Positions 8,085 to 17,763 of a stretch of 36,639 nt of DNA are shown piece after piece. Under the pieces are notes generated by a model. It made no database searches. It was given only the letters and a program-made list of their open reading frames with translations, and had not been told where the DNA came from. The DNA comes from a virus. The translations under genes and the position numbers were made by a program. The stretch lies in the IMG/VR virus record IMGVR_UViG_3300021579_000004, positions 1 to 36,639 of that record; one strand, written 5' to 3'. The first letter of the stretch is position 1. The number at the start of each line of letters is the position of its first letter.

Positions 8085-8369
8085 TCACTTCAAACCATGA
8101 ATACGAAGGCCATCGAGCACAAGGGTTCCCAGGCCAACCAGTCCAGCCCAGGCAAGCCCCGCCAGGCTTTTCTCTATCACTGCCTTACGAAGCGCTGCGC
8201 GGTCAGCCTGCACCTTAATCGCCATTCGCACCCACTGCTGTTCCTCGTCGGTCAGGCAAGCGGGTTGTGGATAGTTCGATTTAACTGCCTCTACAATGGC
8301 TTCGACCAGATGGTCATGCGAACGGCTGCGGCGCTCTGGCCCGGTGTATTCAGTTCGGTTATCGCTCAT
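8085..8369 (-). CDS. Tail-anchored membrane protein in the lysis region
   Basis: GAGG RBS before the ATG at 8369. It has a single C-terminal TM (LAGLAWAGLVGLGTLVLDGL) and no signal peptide. Confidence 0.5.
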   Translation of the reverse strand: MSDNRTEYTGPERRSRSHDHLVEAIVEAVKSNYPQPACLTDEEQQWVRMAIKVQADRAALRKAVIEKSLAGLAWAGLVGLGTLVLDGLRIHGLK

Positions 8370-8376
8370 GTTGGCC

Positions 8377-8727
8377 TCAGATATGGTCACCGCTGGGGTC
8401 GAATGGGTCTAGTATAGGTTCAAACCAAAGTGCTACAGCCTTTGACCATGCGGAGCCCTCGGATTTATGTCGTTTGAGGCGGGATGTTACTGTGGTTTCT
8501 TGCGGCAATTCCCATAGAATCAGGGTCATAAAAGCCGCATTACAGAACCAGTCCAGACCAAGGCCGATAGCCACGACAGGCACGCCCATATAGTACGCCA
8601 GGCCCCGGAGCTTTCCCGCATCGTTGACGCGCTTGAGATTCATAGCGGCCAGGAAGAAAAGCCAGAGGATATAGAAAGAGCAACCTGCGGTCAGCATATA
8701 GCCCAGGATGAACAATGGCAAGTCCAT
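8377..8727 (-). CDS. Polytopic membrane protein (about 3 TM)
   Basis: AAGGAA RBS. Hydrophobic segments include LFILGYMLTAGCSFYILWLFFLAA, GVPVVAIGLGLDWF and AAFMTLILW. Confidence 0.55.
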   Translation of the reverse strand: MDLPLFILGYMLTAGCSFYILWLFFLAAMNLKRVNDAGKLRGLAYYMGVPVVAIGLGLDWFCNAAFMTLILWELPQETTVTSRLKRHKSEGSAWSKAVALWFEPILDPFDPSGDHI

Positions 8728-8736
8728 GGCTATTCC

Positions 8737-9969
8737 TTAACGAAGTTCATTCCATCCAGCCAGAGCGCCAGCACCAGCGCTTGACATGGAGCCATTGGCG
8801 GTCGATACACCATAAGTCTGACCCGGAGGCACAGTCACCGTGATAGCGCACTCAGAGCTACCAGCCACAGCCACACCCACACGGATATAAGTGCCGTTCA
8901 TGTTCATGTAGAAGTTCACCGTACCGCCAGCCGATGCCACGGAAGTCTGCACCTCGATTGGCCGCGCTGTGCTGTTGGTGTAGCTCGTCCCGATAGCCCG
9001 CGATCCGGTGACGTTTTGCCAGGTTTGGGATTGGGCGTATAGGTTGGTTCCGGTCACCGCCCCCGTGACAGCCAGGTTTCCTGATGTGTCCAGCGTACCC
9101 GCGCCGTTTTGGAATGCCAGCGTTGACGCAGAATTCAGTGAGATTCCTGTGGTGCCGTATTGGGTGATGGTTCCGACCGTTGCACCGTTGTATCCAAAAT
9201 ATGTGTAAACGCTTCCCGATGCATCGCCAGACTGGTGATTTTGCCCAAAGTATCCAGAACTATCAGCATAAAAACCACGTGAATTCAGGTTTCCAGATGA
9301 AGTCTGGCGAACCAACAAATTCCCACTCGCATCCAACGTCATCGCCTGCGTGAAGGTAATCGCGCCGCCTGCTGTGCCGGATGGGGCGGTGAACCATTGG
9401 TGAGCGCCGTTGCCTTGGATAGTGTAGCTTGCTGCTGCTGTGGTTTTATAAACCCAGTTCGTTCCGTTTTGATAAGCATTGGCAGCAACAAACGGATACA
9501 GCGCACCAATGCCGCTACCGCCTGTGGCATTTTGAAAATCAATCGCTCTCCAGGTTGAAGCCCCCCACGCACTAGGCACCACGCCGAGGCCAAGATTAGC
9601 ACCATCAAACGTCAGCGCCGCGCCGGAGGTTAGAACCTTCGAGGCGTTGAGATATGGAACGCCGTTGGCAGTTCCATCAGATACAGTCAGATTAGAAACC
9701 GATCCGCCCGTCGCATCCAATTTCAAAGCAAGCTGCCCAAAATGCACAGCATCTCCTGAAATCGTGCCGCTTGCCAAATTGGTGATTTTGAATCCGCCGA
9801 AATTCTGATGGCCAGTCATAACCGTCTGTCCGTCTTTCGACACAGATTGAGTTAATGCGGAGGCAATGTCATTCAGTGTATTATTGGCCCACGTCACCGA
9901 AATAGTCGTTCCCGACACCACCGGATTGCCTGATGGCAGTGAATAAATACCTGTTCCATTACGCGCCAT
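8737..9969 (-). CDS. Tail fiber protein
   Basis: The N-terminus GIYSLPSGNPVVSGTTISVTWANNTLNDIASALTQSVSKDGQ...DAVHFGQL is a classic phage fiber N-terminal adaptor motif. The remainder is Gly/Thr/Ser-rich and beta-type. Confidence 0.85.
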   Translation of the reverse strand: MARNGTGIYSLPSGNPVVSGTTISVTWANNTLNDIASALTQSVSKDGQTVMTGHQNFGGFKITNLASGTISGDAVHFGQLALKLDATGGSVSNLTVSDGTANGVPYLNASKVLTSGAALTFDGANLGLGVVPSAWGASTWRAIDFQNATGGSGIGALYPFVAANAYQNGTNWVYKTTAAASYTIQGNGAHQWFTAPSGTAGGAITFTQAMTLDASGNLLVRQTSSGNLNSRGFYADSSGYFGQNHQSGDASGSVYTYFGYNGATVGTITQYGTTGISLNSASTLAFQNGAGTLDTSGNLAVTGAVTGTNLYAQSQTWQNVTGSRAIGTSYTNSTARPIEVQTSVASAGGTVNFYMNMNGTYIRVGVAVAGSSECAITVTVPPGQTYGVSTANGSMSSAGAGALAGWNELR

Positions 9970-10116
9970 TTTTAACCCCTATTCATGACTGAATCACAAT
10001 CGTTTTATATCGCTCTGTTTTTGCGGCCATTTGCTTATCTCGGAATTGTCGCGTTTTTTCTTGCGATTCGCTTTGCTTTGTTGAAGCATTTGAAGCATGG
10101 ATGGCTGAAAAAACTG

Positions 10117-11961
10117 CTACTTCGCCGCATCATTTGAGCGAATCATTGAAGGCAGCGCCAGCGCCACAGACTGAGGCAGGGCCTTGATAATCTGCATGCG
10201 TTGAGATGGCTCAAGACGCGACAGCTCTTTGCTGATCAACTGCGCGACCTGCTGCGGATTGTTGGCTAGCATATCTTCCATATTGCGTATCATGTTTTGC
10301 TCTAACTTGTTGCCCACAGTGGAAGCGGCCATGGATGTGAGTTTCCCGGCAACGTCAGCGCCCGGAATCTTGCCAACCAAGCTCAAAATCTTGGAAGTAA
10401 TCGGAGCTTGTTCAGCGAAATACATCGGAATCATTTGATTTTGAGTGATTCGCCGGGCAGTTGGCGAATGTTCTCCCATTCCCAACTTCAAAGCCTCAGC
10501 GATTTTGCTCGCGTCCGAAGTAACATTCTTCACGGTCGACAATTGCTCAGGAGTCAAGACGTTTTCCATCTTCGCGCCCGAGAATTTCGTGGCCTGCTGC
10601 GCCATGCGGTCAGGGTTTCGCATGGCAGTCGCTAGGCTTGCGTAGTTCAGCGATGCGGGAATGTCGCCAGCCGTGGAGGGAATGAGTTTGTTTGCAAGAG
10701 CTTTGCCAAGTTCCATTTGGTTAATTGGCTCGCTCATTTTGCTGAATGTTTGGCGAGCAGCGTCATATGATTTACTAAACTCCCCCATACCATTCAATAG
10801 AGTCTCTTGAAGGCCTGTATAAGCTTTTGCTAGATCTTTATCGCCAGATACTTTGGCCTTGCTAATTTCGCTATCAATAGCCTTTTTAACCCAATGCATG
10901 CCTTGAATGGATGTTGAATTATCCATTGCGATGCCTTCAATTCCGGCTAGTTTTTTTGCTTTGTCCAAAATATCGTCAGGAATACGAGATTGCATATTCT
11001 GTTGAAATTTAGCAAGCCTATCCTTTGCTTCTGCCGTCAATGATGCCAAATCAATGCCTTCTGCTCTAGCTTTTCCGTATAGCTGTTCAGCCTTGGCGCT
11101 ACGTTCAGCCAGCGCCGCTGCCATATCCTCAGGAGTCTTAGCAATTCTTCTCAGCGCATCAGCCAGAGCCGCACGATTGGCTAGAGCAGAGCGATTCAGT
11201 TCACCATTGGGAACAACGTTCCGCAAAGCATCCTCAAGGGCTGCAAGGCCAGGATTGCCGGAGATTGTGGCGGCAGATAGTTTGACGCCTGGAGTAGCAC
11301 TCGGTGCGGCATTGCGAAGCGCTTCAGCCGCCTTCGCGGAATCTTGCCCGGATACTTTAAAGAGCGCCTCGCCGAGAATCTTGTTTTGTGCTGCAATAGG
11401 GTCGTATAAAATTGATTTTGCAGCTTTTCCAATACTAATTGCTGCTGGAATAATTCCACCAAAAGCCCCTCCAATAAGAGCATTACGAGAAACACTTTCA
11501 TCTCCCGTTGTAGGTTCTAATGCACTCATTGCAGCACCAGTCAATGCGCCGCCGACGACAGTATTTGCGCCAGGAAGTGCCATAGTTGCAGCGCCAAGAC
11601 CTAGATTGCCAATCAAATGACCAGCCAGGCCTGCGCCAGTTTTCATCAGGGCCGCATCGTACTTTTTGGTTTCCGCTACATCTTCGTCTTTCACCAAACC
11701 CAGCCTCTGACCTGTACCTTGAGCGAGGTCATATCCAGATTTTACGATACCAGCTACTAGGCGCTCAGGACCCGACATTCCCTCAATAGGAGAGTAATTC
11801 GGCTCAGGCAAAACAGGTCTAACCTTGGTATTTTGCGAAGCATCTCCCAAGCTTTTAAACTGATTTTGAGCGTAGGCAAGCACTTGGTCTTGAGTAGCCC
11901 CATCAGGAGCGGTAATCTCAAATGCTTGCCCATTGGGGGCGGTGATTCTGAATTTTTGCAT
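10117..11961 (-). CDS. Internal virion / ejection protein (614 aa)
   Basis: TAATG-coupled. It has glycine-zipper hydrophobic segments (GAGLAGHLIGNLGLGAATMALPG, ALIGGAFGGIIPAAISIG). It is the third large gene after the tubular proteins, matching the position of T7 gp14-16. Confidence 0.55.
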   Translation of the reverse strand: MQKFRITAPNGQAFEITAPDGATQDQVLAYAQNQFKSLGDASQNTKVRPVLPEPNYSPIEGMSGPERLVAGIVKSGYDLAQGTGQRLGLVKDEDVAETKKYDAALMKTGAGLAGHLIGNLGLGAATMALPGANTVVGGALTGAAMSALEPTTGDESVSRNALIGGAFGGIIPAAISIGKAAKSILYDPIAAQNKILGEALFKVSGQDSAKAAEALRNAAPSATPGVKLSAATISGNPGLAALEDALRNVVPNGELNRSALANRAALADALRRIAKTPEDMAAALAERSAKAEQLYGKARAEGIDLASLTAEAKDRLAKFQQNMQSRIPDDILDKAKKLAGIEGIAMDNSTSIQGMHWVKKAIDSEISKAKVSGDKDLAKAYTGLQETLLNGMGEFSKSYDAARQTFSKMSEPINQMELGKALANKLIPSTAGDIPASLNYASLATAMRNPDRMAQQATKFSGAKMENVLTPEQLSTVKNVTSDASKIAEALKLGMGEHSPTARRITQNQMIPMYFAEQAPITSKILSLVGKIPGADVAGKLTSMAASTVGNKLEQNMIRNMEDMLANNPQQVAQLISKELSRLEPSQRMQIIKALPQSVALALPSMIRSNDAAK

Positions 11962-13325
11962 TATTTGACAGGGGCAATACCCCACCCATTATTTTGAGGC
12001 ATTGCATCAATTGATGCATCTTGTGCCACGTTACGCAAAGCTTGATCGCTCTGCCAGCGCTGCAATACTTTTTGGCCTTTGGCGTGATTGGCGGCTGCGA
12101 CCTTTTCGGCCAGGGTTGCAACCCGGATGATGTTTTCCGGCGTGTCGGTAATCTGGCCGCTGATAGCGGATTCCAGAAATGCCCGATCTTTGTCCGTGAA
12201 GCCATTTCCAGCGCCAAGTCCGGATGTTTTGACGCCACCCAACGTCAGGCGCCCCAAGCCGGACATAAGCTCTTGTGTATTGGCTGCTTGGCCTGGACCA
12301 ACCAAACCAGCAGTCTCCAATGCCTTCTGAACCGCCAAGCGAGCCTCTGCCCCGGTTCCCGTAATCGCGCCATTGGCAATAGCCGCCTTGATGCTGCGCG
12401 CGTTTGCCACAAGTTCAGGGGCGGCCTTTGCTGCCTCAACTTGCGCCAGGCTTTCTTTGGCCAACCCTGCGCCTACATCCTTGTTGTATTGGTTTTCAGG
12501 GCCTGCAATGCTCACGGTCATATTCTGAGCGCCTGCGCGTTTCATGTTGGTCATGAATTGTTCAAGCGTGCCCTTATAGCCGTTGTTATTCTTGGCATAT
12601 TCGTACTCAGCAATGGCCGGCGGTAGGTCGAATTGCTTTGGAATCGCTGGGCCTACGAGTTTGCCACTTAGTTCTCCAACCGCCTGACCATTATTGATAA
12701 TAATCTTTTCCTTGCCCCAATTCGGAGCTTCTGCCATTTGTTTGGCGAAAGTTGCATCGCCGCCCGAGGCCAGGAACGATTGCAGATTGCCGCCAGTCTG
12801 GTTCCACAGGTCAGTATTGACTTTGCGCTGCTGCAAAGCCTGAGCGAGCTTCGCTTGGTCTTGCGCGGTGTTAACCATGCCTTGGAAGCCAAATTGTTGC
12901 ATGATTGGATTCTCGGAGTTCGAGGCAAACCGATATGCACCAGCAACATCAGGAGCCTGCATTTGCGTCTGAGCCTGCATTGGCGCATGGCCTTCAAAGT
13001 CACCGACAGACGCAACATTTTCGCTAGGCTTTCCCATCAAAAGCTCGGACAGCTTGCTCATTTCTTGGCGTGTCTTTTCGCGCTCACCTTGCAGCAAGGC
13101 TTTATGCTCGGCTTCAGCGCCTAGCATTTCCTGCCGTCCGAGGTGCCCGCGCAGCATTTGCGCCAAGCCCTGCGTCCAGCTTGGAGCCACGTAAATGCCA
13201 CCGACATTCTGACCCTCAAGCGGAGCCTGCGACTGCTGAATCAAGGATTCAGCCATCTTCTGACGCCGCGCAAGAGCCTGTAGCTCCGGGCTTTGGTCGA
13301 GTTGGTTGATAAATGGATTTGCCAT
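11961..13325 (-). CDS. Internal virion / ejection protein (454 aa)
   Basis: GGAGG RBS before the ATG at 13325. Helical, Gln/Ala-rich protein at a gp14-16-like position. Confidence 0.5.
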   Translation of the reverse strand: MANPFINQLDQSPELQALARRQKMAESLIQQSQAPLEGQNVGGIYVAPSWTQGLAQMLRGHLGRQEMLGAEAEHKALLQGEREKTRQEMSKLSELLMGKPSENVASVGDFEGHAPMQAQTQMQAPDVAGAYRFASNSENPIMQQFGFQGMVNTAQDQAKLAQALQQRKVNTDLWNQTGGNLQSFLASGGDATFAKQMAEAPNWGKEKIIINNGQAVGELSGKLVGPAIPKQFDLPPAIAEYEYAKNNNGYKGTLEQFMTNMKRAGAQNMTVSIAGPENQYNKDVGAGLAKESLAQVEAAKAAPELVANARSIKAAIANGAITGTGAEARLAVQKALETAGLVGPGQAANTQELMSGLGRLTLGGVKTSGLGAGNGFTDKDRAFLESAISGQITDTPENIIRVATLAEKVAAANHAKGQKVLQRWQSDQALRNVAQDASIDAMPQNNGWGIAPVK

Positions 13326-13329
13326 CGAC

Positions 13330-14787
13330 TTAACCTCCAAACAGGTTATTCAGGGCATTGCTTCCTGCGGTCGTGCCCAGGAATGCGCTACCCAGGCCAA
13401 ATAGACCATTGTTGATAGCGTTTTTCTGAGCCTGCCCTGCGTTGTATTGGCCAAGATTTGCCTGATATTGCTGACCCATGGCGTTTGAGTAGTTCGCGCC
13501 CTGCGGCGTTGCGCCAAATGTCGGGTTGCTCACTTGCGCCCCTGTTCGCAGCGAGTTCAGAGTGTTGATTGGTTCGCTACGCAAGAATGACTGTTCTTGC
13601 AGCGCCTGCTGTCGTGCCTGCTGCCCAAGGTTGATGCCCTGTAATGCCGCCTGAGTCGTCGCATCGTTGCGAGCGTTATTCAGGTCAGTCTGCGCTGCGT
13701 TCCATGCCTCGGTGCCGCGTGCGATACCCTGATTGGCCAACTGTGTCTCAAGCGCAGCCTGACGCCGGTCAAACTGAGGATTAAGGCGTGCCATGATAGC
13801 GTCCTGCGCCGTCTGTCCAGGGTTGATTTGTTGGGCAGGCAGAGCGCTAGTATCGAATGGATTCGCAAGCGATTGATTGACGTATCCCAAGCTCTTGTCA
13901 ATAGAACCGCCTAGCCCCAAGCTCGTTTGATTCTGCTGATTAAGTAGTTGCTGCTGGGCATCGCTGAGTTTCTGCGTTTGGGTGTAAATAGGATTGCCCT
14001 GAGCATCTACGCCAGTTTGGGCATAGGTAAGCGAGCCATAAGGGGTTACCTGGTTGACGCGATTAGCTGCCGCCGTAGCCTCTGCAGCCGCTTTGTAATC
14101 AGGAGTTGATGGCAGGCTAGTACCAGAGCTTGCAGCACTGCCAAGCAAAGCGCCAGCGCCCAATGCGGTGCCAAGCCCGCCTGGAATGGACGACAGAAAG
14201 CCACCTCCAGGTTTAGCCAAGCTCGCCGCCGCGCCAGATTCAGCCGCTTGCGTTGCACCACTGGCAATAGGCGATGCAGCAGCAGGAGCCGCACTAGCCG
14301 CAGCCGGAGCGCCAGCCATCGCAGCATCAGCGCCTGCCATAGCCGGAGCCGCGCCAGACATTGCAGGAGCGCCAGCGGCCAGATCAGCCATCGCCGCATC
14401 AGTGCCAGTCAAAGCCGGAGCCGCCGAGGATGCCGCGCCACTTCCAAGCCCCATCAAGCCACCACCCATCAGGCCAGCGGCCAAGGGAATAGGGCTGTTC
14501 ATGATATTGGAGAAAAAACCGCCCAATCCATTTTGATTTGGCGTAAAAGTTTGACCGGTCAATGGATCCAAACCCAATTGACCGTTGGGAGTTACAGCAG
14601 AAATAGGAGCGCCATTTTGGTTATAGGCGACATTGAATGTATTTCCATTTTGGGAAACGGCGCCAGATGCTGCGGGAGCTGTATTCAGGATTTGGCTGTT
14701 ATTCCAAGGAGAATTCCAAGCGGAATTGATATTTCCACTCCAAGGCTGCGCTACTGGCGCAATGTTAGACAAAGGCGAAAAGTCCAT
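13330..14787 (-). CDS. Internal virion / ejection protein with an Ala/Gly low-complexity core (485 aa)
   Basis: The central region GGLMGLGSGAASSAAPALTG...APAMSGAAPAMAGADAAMAGAPAAASAAPAAAS is flanked by Gln/Asn-rich regions. A GGGGGA RBS is present. Confidence 0.5.
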   Translation of the reverse strand: MDFSPLSNIAPVAQPWSGNINSAWNSPWNNSQILNTAPAASGAVSQNGNTFNVAYNQNGAPISAVTPNGQLGLDPLTGQTFTPNQNGLGGFFSNIMNSPIPLAAGLMGGGLMGLGSGAASSAAPALTGTDAAMADLAAGAPAMSGAAPAMAGADAAMAGAPAAASAAPAAASPIASGATQAAESGAAASLAKPGGGFLSSIPGGLGTALGAGALLGSAASSGTSLPSTPDYKAAAEATAAANRVNQVTPYGSLTYAQTGVDAQGNPIYTQTQKLSDAQQQLLNQQNQTSLGLGGSIDKSLGYVNQSLANPFDTSALPAQQINPGQTAQDAIMARLNPQFDRRQAALETQLANQGIARGTEAWNAAQTDLNNARNDATTQAALQGINLGQQARQQALQEQSFLRSEPINTLNSLRTGAQVSNPTFGATPQGANYSNAMGQQYQANLGQYNAGQAQKNAINNGLFGLGSAFLGTTAGSNALNNLFGG

Positions 14788-14798
14788 AATTCCCCCGT

Positions 14799-16355
14799 TC
14801 AGATAATCGCGCCGTTTTCATAAACGACGTCTGTTGATACCCAGCGCACATCAATGCCTGCCGATGCAATTCGCATTTGAGGAGCGCCATAATAGCCCAC
14901 TCCAGACACGCCCTGCCATGCCTGATAAATCGCCATATCAGCGCACCAAGACGACGAATCCCATATTGCGCTATCCCAGGCTGAAGTGAGATTGACAGGA
15001 ACCGACAGCGGAGCGCTGTTGTATGTCATGTCAAAATCGACGTTCATCGTACCCATAATCGACGGCACGCCATTCGAGCGCATAATGGGCCTAGTCATCG
15101 TCCAGCGCTTCAGATTCCCGGGTGCGCCATAGTTCGAGAAGGCTTGAATGCAGTTTGCATTGATGTTTGAAACATCATCTTTAAAGCCATCCCAAGCCTT
15201 CGCGACAAAGCCGTTAGCTCCGAAGAACATGGAATTTGAGAAAAGCTCCCAGCAATTCGCATTCCATCCGGTGAACCGCCCCCAGGATTGGTTAATGGTG
15301 TTCATCGCGTATTGCTCTTGAGAGGAGCCTTCAGCAATTGGCACATTCAGAATTAGCATGTTCTCAGGGGCGTAATACAGCACACACCAGCCGAAATTGC
15401 CGGCATACTGAGAAACGCTGCTAGAGATGGCGAATTGAATCTTGTCGGTGAGCGCAACCTTCGGATTCACGCGGGATGATTGCAGAGCGCCACCCAAAGG
15501 CACAAGCCCATCCTGCGAGATGTACAGCAAATCACCAGCGAATTTGTACAGGCATCGAGCGCCAACAGGCGAGCCAAGCTCCCAGACGCCGCGCAGCGCC
15601 CAGGTGGAAGCGCTGGCCGGGTCAGAGCCTTGATAAATGACGACCTCACCCTGAGAGGTGACAATCACATAGTAGTCATCGATTCCAACACCAGCGTCAA
15701 TCGTCCATGTGGCATGCGCAACGATGTGGCCGCCGCGCTGGGCCACCGATGAGATATCGATGGGGTTAGCCGCTCCACCTACAGAGGATGTAGGCAGATA
15801 CCACGTTTTCAGTGAGTTCTTGCCAATGAAGAAAACCCGGTTTTTGAATACTACAGGGCTATTCAGTAGCGTAGTTGTAACGCCTGTGATTGCCGGGGCT
15901 GAAACGGCATCAATAGCCGTCCATGTCGTGCCATCGTAGAGCAATGGCTTGTCTGTTCCATTGGCCGCGTACATGAAATTGCCGCCGCCAGTGGCGATGT
16001 TCACACTCTGCCACCTGGAGTTAGATTTGCCAGAAACGACAGCAGCGCCAACTGCACCAGCCGCGCTCACATCGTAGAAGTTGCCTCCAGATACCGCGAA
16101 GAGCTTTTCAGATGCGCCGCCAGCATAATCGAGTAGGCTTTCAACCTGCCCAGGCAGTCCGGTTGCCCACTTGGTGTAACCCTTGCGAAGCTGGCATTCG
16201 GTCGTCAGGGGAAACCAGTTTTCCATGACCGCAGCATCAGTCGGAGGCATTTCGGCCAAAGAGTCGCGGGCGTTCCAGCCGCCAACAGGAGAAGGCAAAG
16301 ACACGGATTGCGATACCGCGCTGCGACTGCCTTTGGTTCTTGCTGCTTGGCGCAT
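14799..16355 (-). CDS. Tail tubular protein B-like (nozzle)
   Basis: TAATG-coupled. The N-terminus SLPSPVGGWNARDSLAEMPPTDAAVMENWFP...LRKGY resembles podovirus gp12-type proteins, and it follows the gp11-like gene. Confidence 0.55.
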   Translation of the reverse strand: MRQAARTKGSRSAVSQSVSLPSPVGGWNARDSLAEMPPTDAAVMENWFPLTTECQLRKGYTKWATGLPGQVESLLDYAGGASEKLFAVSGGNFYDVSAAGAVGAAVVSGKSNSRWQSVNIATGGGNFMYAANGTDKPLLYDGTTWTAIDAVSAPAITGVTTTLLNSPVVFKNRVFFIGKNSLKTWYLPTSSVGGAANPIDISSVAQRGGHIVAHATWTIDAGVGIDDYYVIVTSQGEVVIYQGSDPASASTWALRGVWELGSPVGARCLYKFAGDLLYISQDGLVPLGGALQSSRVNPKVALTDKIQFAISSSVSQYAGNFGWCVLYYAPENMLILNVPIAEGSSQEQYAMNTINQSWGRFTGWNANCWELFSNSMFFGANGFVAKAWDGFKDDVSNINANCIQAFSNYGAPGNLKRWTMTRPIMRSNGVPSIMGTMNVDFDMTYNSAPLSVPVNLTSAWDSAIWDSSSWCADMAIYQAWQGVSGVGYYGAPQMRIASAGIDVRWVSTDVVYENGAII

Positions 16356-17065
16356 TAGACGTTCCAAGAGCCTGCCGGGATTGTTATACCGGGCATCACA
16401 TCATATTTGGTGTTAGATGTACTCAGCCAATCTTTAGAACCATCCTTGCCCATAGCGTCCATAGCCCGGCGCTCATAGGTGTTGAAGTCCTCGGCGTATT
16501 CAAAGCCTTTGAGCTTCTTCCAGCGCCAGATAGTTCCAAGAACCAGCAGATTCCACTCAAGGCGCGGGATATCCGTGTCTGCGCCCCATTCCTCACGGCC
16601 AGTAGCTCCAGTGGAGTCAGTCAGCCAGTTGCGGGTGCTGTATTCAAAAACGCATGTCTGCCCTGCGGCTGGCACTGGGTACATGTACAAACTTCCAAGG
16701 CGAATTCTGAAATTAGACCAAGGGCCATTGATAGCAAAAGCCTTGTTTTGCTGCCAACCCTGAGCAGTCTTCGGGCCATACACAGGACGACGCAGCGAGC
16801 GATTCCAGATCGTGTCGTTTGTGATGTAGCCTAGGCCAGGGGCAATAGTTTCGATTGCGCCCTGGTTTTCTTGCGCGACCGTGGTGTAAGTCGCTTCAGA
16901 TTGCAGCCCAGTCCATTCATGGCGGGCCGCAAGCTCTTGCCCTTCTTCGTTGCAGATTGCAAGGATGGTCTGGATTTGATTATCAGTGTTGCCAACAGCC
17001 TGATTAGGCACCGGCAAAGATAACCGACCACATATTGCTCTAACGATAGAAAGGCAAGTCGCCAT
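16355..17065 (-). CDS. Tail tubular protein A-like (adaptor)
   Basis: The N-terminus CLSIVRAICGRLSLPVPNQAVGNTDNQIQTILAICNEEGQELAARHEWTGL parallels the T7 gp11 N-terminus ([20 protein letters not shown]...QSRGWTFN). Confidence 0.5.
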   Translation of the reverse strand: MATCLSIVRAICGRLSLPVPNQAVGNTDNQIQTILAICNEEGQELAARHEWTGLQSEATYTTVAQENQGAIETIAPGLGYITNDTIWNRSLRRPVYGPKTAQGWQQNKAFAINGPWSNFRIRLGSLYMYPVPAAGQTCVFEYSTRNWLTDSTGATGREEWGADTDIPRLEWNLLVLGTIWRWKKLKGFEYAEDFNTYERRAMDAMGKDGSKDWLSTSNTKYDVMPGITIPAGSWNV

Positions 17066-17068
17066 TTA

Positions 17069-17683
17069 TCACCCCATAGGTTCTTCCGTCTTAGGCTTGC
17101 GCCCACGTTTCACCTGTTGAGGCTCGTCGCTATTATCTGATTTTTGCTCGATTTGCGCCAGCCTTTCTTCGAGCGCTGCGAGCTTCTTTTTGAGCGCTTC
17201 ATTCTCCAAGCTAGCGGCATCTTTGCCCTTGCACCACTCTTGCGCCTTCTGTTTCAATTCGCGGCCGCCCATGCCATAAGCCCGCATTGCGTCTTCGGTC
17301 ATAGAGGCCACATCTTCAATCGTCATGAGCTTCAAGGTAATCAAGTTTTCAGCCTGAGCAGGCGAGAGAATTGGCCACTCTTTAACCGAAGTGCCATCCA
17401 GCGGCATATCTTGGCCATCCTGCCAGGCTTTGAATTTCTTGAAGAACGCATCCACCCATTCTTGAGGATAAGCGCCCGGAATAGCGTTCAGGGCCTTGGT
17501 GCGGATCATGTCCAGCCAGTCCACGGCAACGCGCTCAACCTGGTCACGCGAGCCAGGCTGCATAATGAAAGCCATATCGAGGTCTTTCGTGACCCTGCGG
17601 CCCAATTCCTCGGAGCGCAGCTTGTCATGCACAGCAACGCGCTTGAATTCAACAAAAGGAGGTCGTGCTTGGTGTAGTTCCAT
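17069..17683 (-). CDS. Virion-module protein of unknown role (204 aa)
   Basis: Lies between the capsid and tail genes. It has a conserved-looking PPFVEFKRVAVHD N-terminus and a coiled basic C-terminus. Confidence 0.5.
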   Translation of the reverse strand: MELHQARPPFVEFKRVAVHDKLRSEELGRRVTKDLDMAFIMQPGSRDQVERVAVDWLDMIRTKALNAIPGAYPQEWVDAFFKKFKAWQDGQDMPLDGTSVKEWPILSPAQAENLITLKLMTIEDVASMTEDAMRAYGMGGRELKQKAQEWCKGKDAASLENEALKKKLAALEERLAQIEQKSDNSDEPQQVKRGRKPKTEEPMG

Positions 17684-17763
17684 GGTATCGCCTGTTTAGG
17701 TTTTCATTGCAGTGGACACATTGCATGCCCACTGGAATGAAAGGGGCCGAAGCCCCTCCCAGA

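Noticed and set aside
8377-8727. Lipobox-like LTAGC near the N-terminus as evidence for an o-spanin or u-spanin
   Set aside because: The -3 position is Thr rather than Leu/Val/Ile. The Cys lies within the first of three TM segments, and the protein is polytopic rather than a small secreted lipoprotein.
8737-9969. Diversity-generating retroelement targeting the tail fiber or repeat protein
   Set aside because: No reverse transcriptase ORF and no template/variable repeat pair is visible anywhere in the genome.
9994-10098. 34-aa basic ORF (MLQMLQQSKANRKKKRDNSEISKWPQKQSDIKRL) in the gap before the tail fiber gene
   Set aside because: It has no Shine-Dalgarno sequence, is very short, and looks like chance coding in an AT-rich spacer. 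The gap is more likely regulatory.
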